A DNA stretch of 64,000 bases. Origin: a virus. The stretch's first letter is position 1. The number at the start of each line of letters is the position of its first letter. Under the pieces are notes generated by a model. The model made no database searches. It saw only the letters and a list, made by a program, of their open reading frames with translations, and was not told where the DNA came from. This document shows positions 45,699 through 56,212 of the stretch, one piece after another. The translations under genes and the position numbers were made by a program. The stretch is taken from positions 16,943-80,942 of the IMG/VR virus record IMGVR_UViG_3300046002_005110. One strand, 5' to 3'.

Positions 45699-46643
45699 AT
45701 GAATACTGAAAAAATTATAGAATATGTAGATGTTGCTGACTTAGATTGTATATATCTAAGTTATGATGAGCCGCAGAAAGAGCAATTTTGGGTAAAAATA
45801 AAGAACATGATACCATGGGCAAAACGAGTAGATGGCGTTTATGGTAGTGATGCTGCACATAAGGCTGCAGCCGAATTATCAGATACCGAGAGATTCATTC
45901 TAATAGATGGCGATAATATGCCAGATTCTAAATTTTTTGATTTAACATTAGAGATTACAGAACAAAACAAAAACGCTCAATTTCGTTGGAGAGCCAAGAA
46001 TCATGTAAATGGATTGTACTACGGTAATGGTGGTATGAGTAGTTGGACAAGAACATTTGTTAATAGCATGAAAACTCACGAGAATACTGATGGTACAGAT
46101 CAGACTAATATTGAGTTTTGTTTTGATCCACTTTATTGGCCAATGCATGATTGCTACAGTACTACTTATATCAATCATACTGCAAAACAGGCATGGAGAG
46201 CGGGATTCAGAGAAGGTGTTAAGATGTGTACTAGACAGGGAGTAATACCATCTAGTAAACAAGAATTTTTAAAATGGGTATGGCCTAGTAACTTACGAAA
46301 TTTAAGCATATGGCATACCATTGGACGTGATGTAGATAATGGTTTTTGGGCAATACATGGGGCCAGATGTGGCACACATTATCTTATGTTACAAGATTCA
46401 TGGGATCATACTGACGTAAGAGATTTTAATAAGTTAGATGAGCTATGGGAAATACATAAAAATGATGGACCAGCGGAGTGTGTTGAAATTGGTAAGCAAT
46501 TAAACACACATTTGGGAACTAACATTGTAGAGTTTGATGAACAACAAAGTTTATTTTTCAAAGAATATATCAGTAAAAATTGGCACAATATTGGTCCAAT
46601 GATTACTGAAATGTCAGTAATTAGATCACAAGAAGGATGGTAA
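45699..46643 (+). CDS. GT-A fold glycosyltransferase-like protein
   Basis: IYLSYDEP, RVDGVYGSDAAHKAAA, FILIDGDN (DxD), AWRAGFREGVKM; TAAATA 6 nt upstream. Confidence 0.6.
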   Translation: MNTEKIIEYVDVADLDCIYLSYDEPQKEQFWVKIKNMIPWAKRVDGVYGSDAAHKAAAELSDTERFILIDGDNMPDSKFFDLTLEITEQNKNAQFRWRAKNHVNGLYYGNGGMSSWTRTFVNSMKTHENTDGTDQTNIEFCFDPLYWPMHDCYSTTYINHTAKQAWRAGFREGVKMCTRQGVIPSSKQEFLKWVWPSNLRNLSIWHTIGRDVDNGFWAIHGARCGTHYLMLQDSWDHTDVRDFNKLDELWEIHKNDGPAECVEIGKQLNTHLGTNIVEFDEQQSLFFKEYISKNWHNIGPMITEMSVIRSQEGW

Positions 46644-48061
46644 TGACTGATAAACAACCTATTAAATATGATAGAACCATTATAGAAATTAAAAATAAAA
46701 GAGATATTATCAATCAAGTAAGTCCTACTTTTTGTTCGGCAAAATGGGTTCAAAGTACGATATTATTATATAATGGAGAAACACACAGTTGTCATCATCC
46801 AAGTCGTCATAAAATACAACTCAGTGACATTAAAGATAATCCAACTGGTATTCATAATACTCAAGTTAAACTTAAAGCTAGACAAGAAATGTTAGATGGT
46901 ATACAGACCAAAGAATGTGATTACTGTTGGAACATTGAAAATTTAGATAATAATTATATTAGTGATAGAATTTATAAATCAAGTTATTCTTGGGCCTGGC
47001 CTCATTTAGAAGAAATAAAGAAAAGCGGAATTGGAAAAAATATTGATCCTACATATATGGAAGTTGCATTTGAAAACACCTGTAATTTTAAATGCTTATA
47101 TTGTAGTCCAGAAAGTAGTTCTAGATGGCAAGAAGAAGTTAGTCATCATGGTCCAATTTCAGTAACTGGATATAAACTTCATGACGTTGTTTGGCTTAAA
47201 CAAAAAGGAAAATTGCCAATACATAGAGACAGTCCAAATCCATATATTGATGCATTTTGGGAATGGTGGCCAACTCTTTATCCTAAACTTCATACATTTA
47301 GAATTACTGGTGGTGAACCATTACTTAGCAAACATACATGGGCTGTATTGGAATACATAAAAGAAAATCCAAGATCGGATCTGACACTGGCAATCAATAC
47401 TAATATGAATGTTCCTGTTAATTTAATCAAAAAATTAATAGAATATATACAGATAATTGCCCCTCAAATTAAAGATTTTGATGTATATACTAGTATTGAA
47501 AGTACTGACAGTCAGGCAGAATATGCTCGTAGTGGAATGGTATACAATCAATTCAAAGACAATTGTGAATATTTTTTAAAAAACACACCAAATAATTCTA
47601 GACTTCATATTATGACTACGGTTAATCTTATGAGTGCTCCAACATTTATTAATTTTTTAGAATTAATTCAAACATGGAGAGAAAAATATTTTCTTAATCG
47701 GCATGATTTTAGAGTCAGAACTATGATCAGTTATTTACGTTGGCCTCAGTTTTTAAGTTTAAATTTATTATCTTTAAAAGATAAACAAAATTTTGCTAAA
47801 GAATGGATAAGTTTTGTTGAAGATTTTGTAATTACAGAAGAATATGAAAGTTTTCATACGTTTTATGTTGAAGAGTTAGATCAGATAAAAAGATTATGTG
47901 ACTATATGATTACTTCTAAACCAGAAAGTCAGACTCATTATGATGATTTTCGTAGTTTTATCAATACGTGTGATCAGCGCAGAAATACAAGTTTTATTAA
48001 AACTTTCCCTACATTGGAATATATGATGAACTCAAATTATTATGGGCAAACTAGTGAATAA
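46643..48061 (+). CDS. Radical SAM enzyme with N-terminal twitch-like Cys domain (1)
   Basis: FCSAKW..SCHHP..ECDYCW; CNFKCLYC; ITGGEP; start at TAATG overlap. Confidence 0.9.
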   Translation: MTDKQPIKYDRTIIEIKNKRDIINQVSPTFCSAKWVQSTILLYNGETHSCHHPSRHKIQLSDIKDNPTGIHNTQVKLKARQEMLDGIQTKECDYCWNIENLDNNYISDRIYKSSYSWAWPHLEEIKKSGIGKNIDPTYMEVAFENTCNFKCLYCSPESSSRWQEEVSHHGPISVTGYKLHDVVWLKQKGKLPIHRDSPNPYIDAFWEWWPTLYPKLHTFRITGGEPLLSKHTWAVLEYIKENPRSDLTLAINTNMNVPVNLIKKLIEYIQIIAPQIKDFDVYTSIESTDSQAEYARSGMVYNQFKDNCEYFLKNTPNNSRLHIMTTVNLMSAPTFINFLELIQTWREKYFLNRHDFRVRTMISYLRWPQFLSLNLLSLKDKQNFAKEWISFVEDFVITEEYESFHTFYVEELDQIKRLCDYMITSKPESQTHYDDFRSFINTCDQRRNTSFIKTFPTLEYMMNSNYYGQTSE

Positions 48062-49454
48062 ATCTAAAATTATTAATATTATTCCAAGAAAAAATATTCA
48101 GGCTAGTAGTGATATAAAAAGCTATGATCAGGCAAATGAAATTAGTCCGACTTTTTGTGCTGCAAAATGGTACATGACTACTATACATTTGGCTCATGGT
48201 GAAACTCATAGTTGTTATCATCCATGGACTCACAAAATTCCACTTGAAGAATTAAAAAAAGATTCTGGTGCTATTCATAATACTGAATATAAAAAGAGTC
48301 AACGAAAATTGATGTTAAATGGAGAAAGACCTAAAGAATGTCAATACTGCTGGAACATGGAAGATTTGGGTCACATCAGTGACAGAATTATCAGAAACGA
48401 TGAGAAATGGACCAAGTATGATTTAGCAGATTTTAAAAATATGACAGGTGATGAAAATGTTTATCCTAGACACGTTGAACTTAGTTTTTCTACTACCTGC
48501 AATTTAAAATGTAGTTACTGTAATCCAGGAGTTAGTTCTAAGTGGTTAGAAGAAATTCAGAAGTATGGAGGATATAATACTAGTACAAAATTTAATAATT
48601 TTGGTCTAAAAGGACAAGCATTACCATATATCAAAGAGTCAGATGACAATCCGTATATTGACGCTTTTTGGGATTACTTACCTAAAATGTATCCTCATGT
48701 TAAAGTTCTCAGAGTGACTGGCGGCGAGCCGCTAATGAGTAAGCATACTTTTAAATTACTTGACTATGTTAAAACTCATGAAAATAAAAATTTAGAAATG
48801 GTTGTCAACAGTAATTTATGTGTACCTGATTCACTCATTGATAAGATTTTAGAAGCGGCAATTGAGATAGAAAATGCTAATGTTATTCAAAATTTTAAAT
48901 TATTTCTTAGTATTGATGCTACTGGTAAACAAGCAGAATATGGAAGAGATGGACTTGATTGGGAACAATTTAAAAGAAATGTTTACAAGTACTTAAACAC
49001 TGTTGACAACTGTAGAATAGGTTTCACAGTAACTTTCAATATATTTTCAGTGCCTGATTTTCCTAATTTAATTAAATTTTTTCATGAGTTACGAAAAGAA
49101 TTTCATCCTCAGGGCAAAATAGTTACATATGATAATCCATATCTGAGATATCCTCCACATCAATGTATTAACATACTTCCTAATGAGTTTGTAAAATATT
49201 TGAAAGAAACTGAATTATATATGGAACAACATAAAAATGTACCTTTCGGATTCACACAACTTGAAATAGATAAAGTTAAAAGATTGCAAGCATTTATGTT
49301 ACATAAAGATGCATTGATAGATGATCAATTGAATATATATAGAAAAGATTTTGTTATTTTCGTAGACGAACATGATCGTCGTCGAGATACTAATTTTTTA
49401 AAAACATTTCCAGAGTATGAAGAATTTTATAAACTATGTCAAGGACTAACATGA
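48042..49454 (+). CDS. Radical SAM enzyme with N-terminal twitch-like Cys domain (2)
   Basis: FCAAKW..SCYHP..ECQYCW; CNLKCSYC; VTGGEP. Confidence 0.9.
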   Translation: MGKLVNKSKIINIIPRKNIQASSDIKSYDQANEISPTFCAAKWYMTTIHLAHGETHSCYHPWTHKIPLEELKKDSGAIHNTEYKKSQRKLMLNGERPKECQYCWNMEDLGHISDRIIRNDEKWTKYDLADFKNMTGDENVYPRHVELSFSTTCNLKCSYCNPGVSSKWLEEIQKYGGYNTSTKFNNFGLKGQALPYIKESDDNPYIDAFWDYLPKMYPHVKVLRVTGGEPLMSKHTFKLLDYVKTHENKNLEMVVNSNLCVPDSLIDKILEAAIEIENANVIQNFKLFLSIDATGKQAEYGRDGLDWEQFKRNVYKYLNTVDNCRIGFTVTFNIFSVPDFPNLIKFFHELRKEFHPQGKIVTYDNPYLRYPPHQCINILPNEFVKYLKETELYMEQHKNVPFGFTQLEIDKVKRLQAFMLHKDALIDDQLNIYRKDFVIFVDEHDRRRDTNFLKTFPEYEEFYKLCQGLT

Positions 49455-50533
49455 AAGTTAAGTTAACATTAAGAAATCCATTAAATGAGTCAGAAACTCA
49501 TGATGTATATATTATACCAAAAGATGCCCCAATTGGTAAAAAATGGATCGAAAAACTAACACACTGTCTGACAGAGAATCTTAAACTAGAGAAAAATTAT
49601 TGTTGGGTAGGTTGGCCAGATGGATCTCGTGATTTAAAATATTTGACGAACAATCTTATGAAATTTATTAATGTGATTAATAATTATAATGACAGTCCAA
49701 AATGTCTATGGACAGAAAAATATATTATAACAGAAGTATTCAATGAGTCAAATGTTATGACATCGGATTTTCAAGTGAATCATGATTTGTTTAATAAATT
49801 ACATCATCATTTTGAAATACTTCAGGGTCAAGTTTGGAATATCAGTGATTGGTTTATAAATGCCGATAATGAAACTAGATATGCTATCAGACAATTAAAC
49901 AATCATTGTCATGAAATGGAAATTTTAATCAAGCAGATTCGAGCAAAGAATGTATACCCAGATGGAATTAATCCATCAGCTATTATAGCATTTATAAATG
50001 GCCCAAGAGAATTGTTAGAGCCTGAAGATCATGATCATTTTACTCTTCAACGTGGCGCTGGTAGAGTGTTTCTAGGTTATTGTCAAATTGGAAAGATTCA
50101 TTGGGAAGCATATGTAGATGGAGATCAAGATATTCACGATTCTGGTATCAGTGGTTTACGATATGTTAGTGGGGAAATAACTATAGATTTTGGTGCCGGA
50201 ACTGATAATAGACTTCATCATCAAAATAATATTGACAAATATGCTAAATGGCTAGAATTGAATGGACTTTCAATCGACGATAAATATTTGGCTCATGGGT
50301 GGTTACATGTAGCAACGGTTGATTTAACTCCATATACGAACATGTCTCCTCTGGAAATTGAACAATATCTTAGTAAATATTTGGATATTTTTAAAATATC
50401 AGTGATTGATGATAATGATGTTACTATAATTGAATCAATATATGATTATCATTGGAACAAAGTTGATTTTGAATCTTCACAGAAATCAGAATTATTCGAA
50501 ACTTTTAAATCATTTTGTAAAAACACGGATTAA
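49451..50533 (+). CDS. Hypothetical protein embedded in radical SAM array
   Basis: No CxxxCxxC; LHHHFE and LNNHCHEME motifs; SD AAGGA and ATGA overlap favour start 49451. Confidence 0.65.
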   Translation: MKVKLTLRNPLNESETHDVYIIPKDAPIGKKWIEKLTHCLTENLKLEKNYCWVGWPDGSRDLKYLTNNLMKFINVINNYNDSPKCLWTEKYIITEVFNESNVMTSDFQVNHDLFNKLHHHFEILQGQVWNISDWFINADNETRYAIRQLNNHCHEMEILIKQIRAKNVYPDGINPSAIIAFINGPRELLEPEDHDHFTLQRGAGRVFLGYCQIGKIHWEAYVDGDQDIHDSGISGLRYVSGEITIDFGAGTDNRLHHQNNIDKYAKWLELNGLSIDDKYLAHGWLHVATVDLTPYTNMSPLEIEQYLSKYLDIFKISVIDDNDVTIIESIYDYHWNKVDFESSQKSELFETFKSFCKNTD

Positions 50534-50538
50534 TATAA

Positions 50539-51510
50539 ATGAAAGTAATCAAGATAGAAAGACAATTGGATTCAGTAAACAGAAAAACATTTTTTATATG
50601 TTGGACTCTGCATGATTTTTGTAATTATAGATGTAGTTATTGTCCACCAGGACTCAATGGTGGTAATAGACGACATATTACATTTGAACATGTAAAAAAG
50701 TTATATACTAATTTAAAAAGTAAATTGAGTTCAGATACTAAAATAATTATTGCCTTTAGTGGTGGTGAACCAACATTACATCCAGAATTCATAGAGATAG
50801 TTAAATATCTCAGAGAGAATGGATGTGAAGTAACTATGACTAGTAATAGTGGTCGTGGTTTAGAATGGTGGAAAGAAATAGAACCATATCTTACTCATAT
50901 GGTATTCAGTTATCATCCAGAATTTACTAAATTTGACAAGTTCTATGAAAAAGTTGAGTATCTAAGCCAACACTGTTGGATCAATGTTGATATCATGATG
51001 GATCCAGATCATTGGGACGAACTAATAGGATATGCAAATGAATTTAAAAAACTCAAGAGAAATGTAGGTGTAATTCATCTTCCAATTCAACAAAATTTTG
51101 GAACTACTAATGAAGGTCTACTATATTCTTATACTGAAGAGCAAAGACAATTTTTAGCAAATCCTCCTAATTTTTATGGATCTCATGATATACCAAAACA
51201 TAAACTAGCTCAAAGTGGTGGAAAAATTGGGCGTGGGCCAGCTACTGTAACATATGATGATCAAACAACTGAAAGACTTGATTATAAGACTCTTATCGCT
51301 AAAGATTTAAATAAATTTAATGGTCTGACATGTAATATTGGCTTGGAAGGATTAATATTAGAATTTGAAGATGTTTATAGAGGTTACTGTCATGTGGGTG
51401 GTAAAATAGCAAATCTATTAGATGATGATTTTGATCTTCCTATTGATCCAGTGATTTGCAATAAGGAAAGATGTGCTTGTTCAGTTGATATAGAAGTGAG
51501 TAAGTATTAA
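50539..51510 (+). CDS. Radical SAM enzyme with C-terminal SPASM/twitch-like Cys domain (3)
   Basis: CNYRCSYC; FSGGEP; C-terminal C..G...GYC...C....CAC. Confidence 0.9.
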   Translation: MKVIKIERQLDSVNRKTFFICWTLHDFCNYRCSYCPPGLNGGNRRHITFEHVKKLYTNLKSKLSSDTKIIIAFSGGEPTLHPEFIEIVKYLRENGCEVTMTSNSGRGLEWWKEIEPYLTHMVFSYHPEFTKFDKFYEKVEYLSQHCWINVDIMMDPDHWDELIGYANEFKKLKRNVGVIHLPIQQNFGTTNEGLLYSYTEEQRQFLANPPNFYGSHDIPKHKLAQSGGKIGRGPATVTYDDQTTERLDYKTLIAKDLNKFNGLTCNIGLEGLILEFEDVYRGYCHVGGKIANLLDDDFDLPIDPVICNKERCACSVDIEVSKY

Positions 51511-52772
51511 TGAATTCTTCATTTTGTCCCAATCCATTTATATATCTGACTAATAGCACCGACAGTAAAATTAAATATTGTTGTCTGATCAATGACGGAA
51601 TAAAAGACAATGATGGAAAATTGTTCAGTAGTGACAGTGCAAATATGACTGAAGTATGGAACTGTAATGAACTTAACAATGTTCGTAAAAAAATGATCAA
51701 TGATGTAAAATTACCACAGTGTCAAGTCTGTTATAAAGCGGAAGACAAGGGTGGTAGTAGTCTGAGATTGGATCTATTGTCATATTGGTATAATGGTCCA
51801 AAAAGACCAGAATTTCAGAAAATGTATGATGAATATCTCAGTGAAACAACCATGACTGGACCAGTCAGTGTTGAAGTTAGAACCGGTAGCATATGTAATC
51901 TAAAATGTCGTATGTGTTACCCATCATGTAGTATACTTATTGAAAAAGAGTATAACAAAATACAAAAAACTGAACCAGGATGGCATAAATTAAGTTTTGG
52001 CTCAGGCAGTAGTACTGTAATACATGACAAGTATTTTTTAGAAACTATTAAAAATTTTGAAAACATTGAAGTATTAAGATTCAGTGGAGGAGAACCATTT
52101 TTAAATGAATCAACTAATCACTTGATATCCGAAGCAGCAAAATCTGGCCATAGTAAACATATTGATCTGTATGTCAATACTAATTTTACTAAAATCACTG
52201 TACAATTGTTAGAAGATTTAAGTACATTTAAAACCGTTAACATTGATATTAGTTTAGATGGATATAAACAAGTTCATGAATATATTAGAAGTGGATTATC
52301 TTGGACTACTATTGAGGAAAATTTAATTAAATTACGTCCATATTTAAATGAAAATTTTTACTTGACCACTAATACTACTGTTCAAAATCTAAATGTGTTA
52401 TATTTAAAAGAAATTCTAGAATGGACTATATCTGAATTAAATATTACTCCAGTACTCTGTATGCTTAGTAATCCAAAATTTTTAGCAGTTAATAATATGC
52501 CAGATGAAATGAAAATTGAGGCTCTCAAACGGTTGAATGAATTGATGAACAGTGATTTGGTTAATAACTTTAAAAATAGTCATTGGCTCAAGGGCCGATT
52601 GACCAATATTATTGAGACTATTAATCTTAGTTCAGATGTTAATACATTTCAAGAATTTTTGTATTTTACCAAAGTTACTGATAAAGAAAGAAATCAAGAT
52701 TTTCGTGTCAATATACCGGAAGTTGCCGAATATTATTTAAATTATTATAATCAAGAAGATATCAATGTCTAA
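51510..52772 (+). CDS. Radical SAM enzyme with N-terminal twitch-like domain (4)
   Basis: FCPNPF..YCC..CQVC; CNLKCRMC; FSGGEP. Confidence 0.9.
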   Translation: MNSSFCPNPFIYLTNSTDSKIKYCCLINDGIKDNDGKLFSSDSANMTEVWNCNELNNVRKKMINDVKLPQCQVCYKAEDKGGSSLRLDLLSYWYNGPKRPEFQKMYDEYLSETTMTGPVSVEVRTGSICNLKCRMCYPSCSILIEKEYNKIQKTEPGWHKLSFGSGSSTVIHDKYFLETIKNFENIEVLRFSGGEPFLNESTNHLISEAAKSGHSKHIDLYVNTNFTKITVQLLEDLSTFKTVNIDISLDGYKQVHEYIRSGLSWTTIEENLIKLRPYLNENFYLTTNTTVQNLNVLYLKEILEWTISELNITPVLCMLSNPKFLAVNNMPDEMKIEALKRLNELMNSDLVNNFKNSHWLKGRLTNIIETINLSSDVNTFQEFLYFTKVTDKERNQDFRVNIPEVAEYYLNYYNQEDINV

Positions 52773-54048
52773 TAAAATAAAAAATTCTAGTTTCTGTGTT
52801 TTGCCATTCATTCATGTGGCTGCAGATCCTGGTGGGGAAATTAAACCATGCTGTCTGACAAGAAATAGAAATGTGGATGCAACTGGCAAGCCATATAATT
52901 TAGGGTATGATAAAATTGAAACATTTTTCAACAGCGATTATATGAAATCACTGAGAAAAGATATGATGACAGACGTTCGCCCAACTACATGTCAGACATG
53001 TTACGATGAAGAATCTTCTGGCGGTATTAGTCAGCGACAGACATATACTAAAGGATGGTTTGAAAAAGACCCAGAACTAACTCAAAAGATACTAGACAGT
53101 GAATTACAAGATTATCAAATTGAACCAGATATTAAATATTTTGATTTGAGATTTGGCAATATGTGTAATCTAAAATGTAGAAGTTGTGGTCCTGTTAATA
53201 GTGTACAATTGTTAAAAGAGTCAAGAGAAATACAGATTAATAATCCGGAAATAAGAAAATATTTTTTGTTCAATGATAAAAAAGTTGACAATATCAATGA
53301 TTGGTATCAAACATCTGAATTTTGGGAAAATTTTGTATCTCAAGAAGACAACGTAGAACAACTATATTTTACTGGTGGTGAACCAACTATTATTGAACAA
53401 AACTATGCAATATTGAATAGATTGGTTGAAACTGGACGATCACAGTCTGTGTCATTAATTTTTAGTACTAACATGACAAACATTCAACCTAAGTTTTTGG
53501 ATTTAATAAATCAGTTTAAGAGTGTGACATTTTTGGCAAGTTGTGAGGGATATGGTAATGTTCATGAGTATCTTAGATATCCAGCCAAGTGGTCGGTATT
53601 TGAAACCAACATTCGTAAATTGGCAAAAATGGATCCACATAGAATAACTATACATTGCACTCCAGTTGTTCAGTCGGTTAATCTCAGTCAGATCACTGAA
53701 TTCTTTAAATGGATTGATTCAATAAATGAAGAATATGGATTTAATAGAGTAAACATTTTACCTATAGTATTAACATTTCCCACTCACTTGACGTTTGAAA
53801 TTCTCCCATATGATATGAAACAACGAGCATTGATTAAACTTAACGAGTTTTTGAAAACATCTAGATCATCATTAAATCCTCATTTTGTGGGTAGAATTAA
53901 TGTAATAGTTGACAAATGTAATAAAGACATGTATAATGAGACAGAACTTATAAAATTTAAAGAGTTTACACTGCTTCTGGATCAGCATAGAGAACAGAGT
54001 TTAAACACTGTTAATCCGGAATTATATCAATTGATTTCAAAACTATGA
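52765..54048 (+). CDS. Radical SAM enzyme with N-terminal twitch-like domain (5)
   Basis: FCVLPF..PCC..CQTC; CNLKCRSC; FTGGEP. Confidence 0.9.
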   Translation: MSNKIKNSSFCVLPFIHVAADPGGEIKPCCLTRNRNVDATGKPYNLGYDKIETFFNSDYMKSLRKDMMTDVRPTTCQTCYDEESSGGISQRQTYTKGWFEKDPELTQKILDSELQDYQIEPDIKYFDLRFGNMCNLKCRSCGPVNSVQLLKESREIQINNPEIRKYFLFNDKKVDNINDWYQTSEFWENFVSQEDNVEQLYFTGGEPTIIEQNYAILNRLVETGRSQSVSLIFSTNMTNIQPKFLDLINQFKSVTFLASCEGYGNVHEYLRYPAKWSVFETNIRKLAKMDPHRITIHCTPVVQSVNLSQITEFFKWIDSINEEYGFNRVNILPIVLTFPTHLTFEILPYDMKQRALIKLNEFLKTSRSSLNPHFVGRINVIVDKCNKDMYNETELIKFKEFTLLLDQHREQSLNTVNPELYQLISKL

Positions 54049-54959
54049 ACAATTTAAATACATCAATAGAATTGGCATTAGATACAAATTGTCAGGCAAT
54101 GTGTATTCATTGCTCGCCATCATATAGTGATTTCTATAGAAATGAATCTGATTCTTTAACTCAAATTACTGATCATAGAGTAATCAAAGCATTTTATAGA
54201 ACCAGAGCTAAAAATGCATTCACAGAAAAATCTGAAATTAAAAATTCTGTATATTGGGATAATTTTTGGCAAAATTTAACTCAATTGACTGAGATTAGTT
54301 TGAATGGTGGTGAACCATTACAAAGTGAAAACACATTAAAATTAATAAAAGATTTAAGTAATCATGATCATGCCAGTAAGATAACATTAAAAATATTTAC
54401 TAGTGGAATGTCAATTCCTGATTGGTTTTTTGAAATATTAGAAAAATTTAATCAGGTCATTATAACATTCAGCATTGATGCTACTGAAGAACAAGCCGAA
54501 TATCTTAGATGGCCAATTAGATGGGAATCCGTAGTTGATAATGTAAAAAAATCAATGTCATATTCAAATGTTAAAATATATTTCGCTCTATCGGTTCATT
54601 CATTAAGCTTAAGTTGTTTTCCTGATATAATTAAGTGGATATTCAGTTTAAATTTAAACTTGGATTATAATCCTTTAACTTTTAAATATGTTCATAGACC
54701 AACTTGGATGGATGTAAGATTTGTTGAACAACATACTAAAGAATATATAAATCAAATAATTTGGGACTTTATTGGCCAATGCAATCAAGATGACTGTCAC
54801 AAATTATTAATTAATTCTCTCAAAGGATGTTTAGATTTTATGTGGCAACATAAAGATCAAAGACAAAATGTATTACTTCGTAATTTTATTATTAGTATGG
54901 ATAAAAAGCGTAATACTAATTTTGATATAGTTTTTCCCAAACTAAACAAGGTCATATGA
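54045..54959 (+). CDS. Radical SAM enzyme lacking the N-terminal twitch-like domain (6)
   Basis: CQAMCIHC; LNGGEP; SIDA...AEYLRWP; same C-terminal D..R.TNF...FP motif. Confidence 0.85.
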   Translation: MNNLNTSIELALDTNCQAMCIHCSPSYSDFYRNESDSLTQITDHRVIKAFYRTRAKNAFTEKSEIKNSVYWDNFWQNLTQLTEISLNGGEPLQSENTLKLIKDLSNHDHASKITLKIFTSGMSIPDWFFEILEKFNQVIITFSIDATEEQAEYLRWPIRWESVVDNVKKSMSYSNVKIYFALSVHSLSLSCFPDIIKWIFSLNLNLDYNPLTFKYVHRPTWMDVRFVEQHTKEYINQIIWDFIGQCNQDDCHKLLINSLKGCLDFMWQHKDQRQNVLLRNFIISMDKKRNTNFDIVFPKLNKVI

Positions 54960-56212
54960 AATTTAATTTAAAAGAATCTAAAACTTTTTGTGTATACCCA
55001 TTTATTCACATGGCAACGTTGACCAATGGCAATGTCACTCCATGTTGTATTGCCGCCGGAACATCTGATAATTTAAATTCAATGACTATAAAGCAGGCAT
55101 GGAACAGCAATGACATGAAAAGTATACGATTGGCAATGATGGCAGATCAGCCAGTTAAAAATTGTAAACAATGCTATTTCGATGAAGAGTATGGTATAGA
55201 AAGTCATAGACTTAAATCAAATAAGTTTTATTCATCTAAATACTCAGAAAAACTTGATTTAGCTTTAGAATCAGTAGATGAATTCGGACATAGTAGTATT
55301 GATCCATTTACACTAGATATTAGAGCCGGAAATACATGTAATCTAAAATGTATAATGTGTCGTCCAAATGAAAGTTCTAAATGGTTGGCTGATAGTAAAC
55401 TATTAAGTGAAATCAGTCAAAATCCATCACTGAAATCCATATGGACTAGTAACTCAATGATTGACATTGGTCAGTTTACGTGGGTTGAAAAACCAGAATT
55501 TTGGAAAGAATTTGAAATATTAGTTCCAGAACTACAAGAAATAATATTTGGCGGGGGCGAACCGTTCTTATCAAAAAGCATTAATAATTTAATACAGTAC
55601 ATGGTAGATACTGGACATAGTGAACATATTAAAATTAGATTTCATACTAATGGAACTCAAATACCCACTTCGTTTTGGTCATTGATTCCAAAATTTAAAG
55701 AAATAGAATTGATGTTCTCTATAGATGGATATGATGATAAAAATTACTATGTCAGATATCCTGCTCAATGGTCTGAGATAGAACATAATGTTAATCTTAG
55801 CATTGCTAGTGGTGCAAAAACAATGATCTTAACCAGTATACATGCTCTTAATGTTTTAGATTTAGTAGAATTATATCGCTGGTGGATGAAATTAGACTAT
55901 AAAAATACTACTAGATATCCTATTGTTTTGGGAAGAGTATACAATCCAACATATTTAAATCCACAGATTCTTCCAAAAAATGTTAAGAATAAAATTGAAC
56001 AGAAAATACAGGAATTTTTACTTGAAGTCAATGACAAATTTCCTGAATATTATTTTACGTCACTGAAAAGCAATCTTAGTTGGATTTTAGAATCTTCTAA
56101 TACTAATATTGAAGCCATTACTGAGTATGTGACACATTTAGATACAATTAGAAAAACTAACTTTTCAGAAACATTTCCAGAACTTAATCAATTACTAATG
56201 AATAATGAATAA
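54956..56212 (+). CDS. Radical SAM enzyme with N-terminal twitch-like domain (7)
   Basis: FCVYPF..PCC..CKQC; CNLKCIMC; FGGGEP. Confidence 0.9.
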   Translation: MKFNLKESKTFCVYPFIHMATLTNGNVTPCCIAAGTSDNLNSMTIKQAWNSNDMKSIRLAMMADQPVKNCKQCYFDEEYGIESHRLKSNKFYSSKYSEKLDLALESVDEFGHSSIDPFTLDIRAGNTCNLKCIMCRPNESSKWLADSKLLSEISQNPSLKSIWTSNSMIDIGQFTWVEKPEFWKEFEILVPELQEIIFGGGEPFLSKSINNLIQYMVDTGHSEHIKIRFHTNGTQIPTSFWSLIPKFKEIELMFSIDGYDDKNYYVRYPAQWSEIEHNVNLSIASGAKTMILTSIHALNVLDLVELYRWWMKLDYKNTTRYPIVLGRVYNPTYLNPQILPKNVKNKIEQKIQEFLLEVNDKFPEYYFTSLKSNLSWILESSNTNIEAITEYVTHLDTIRKTNFSETFPELNQLLMNNE

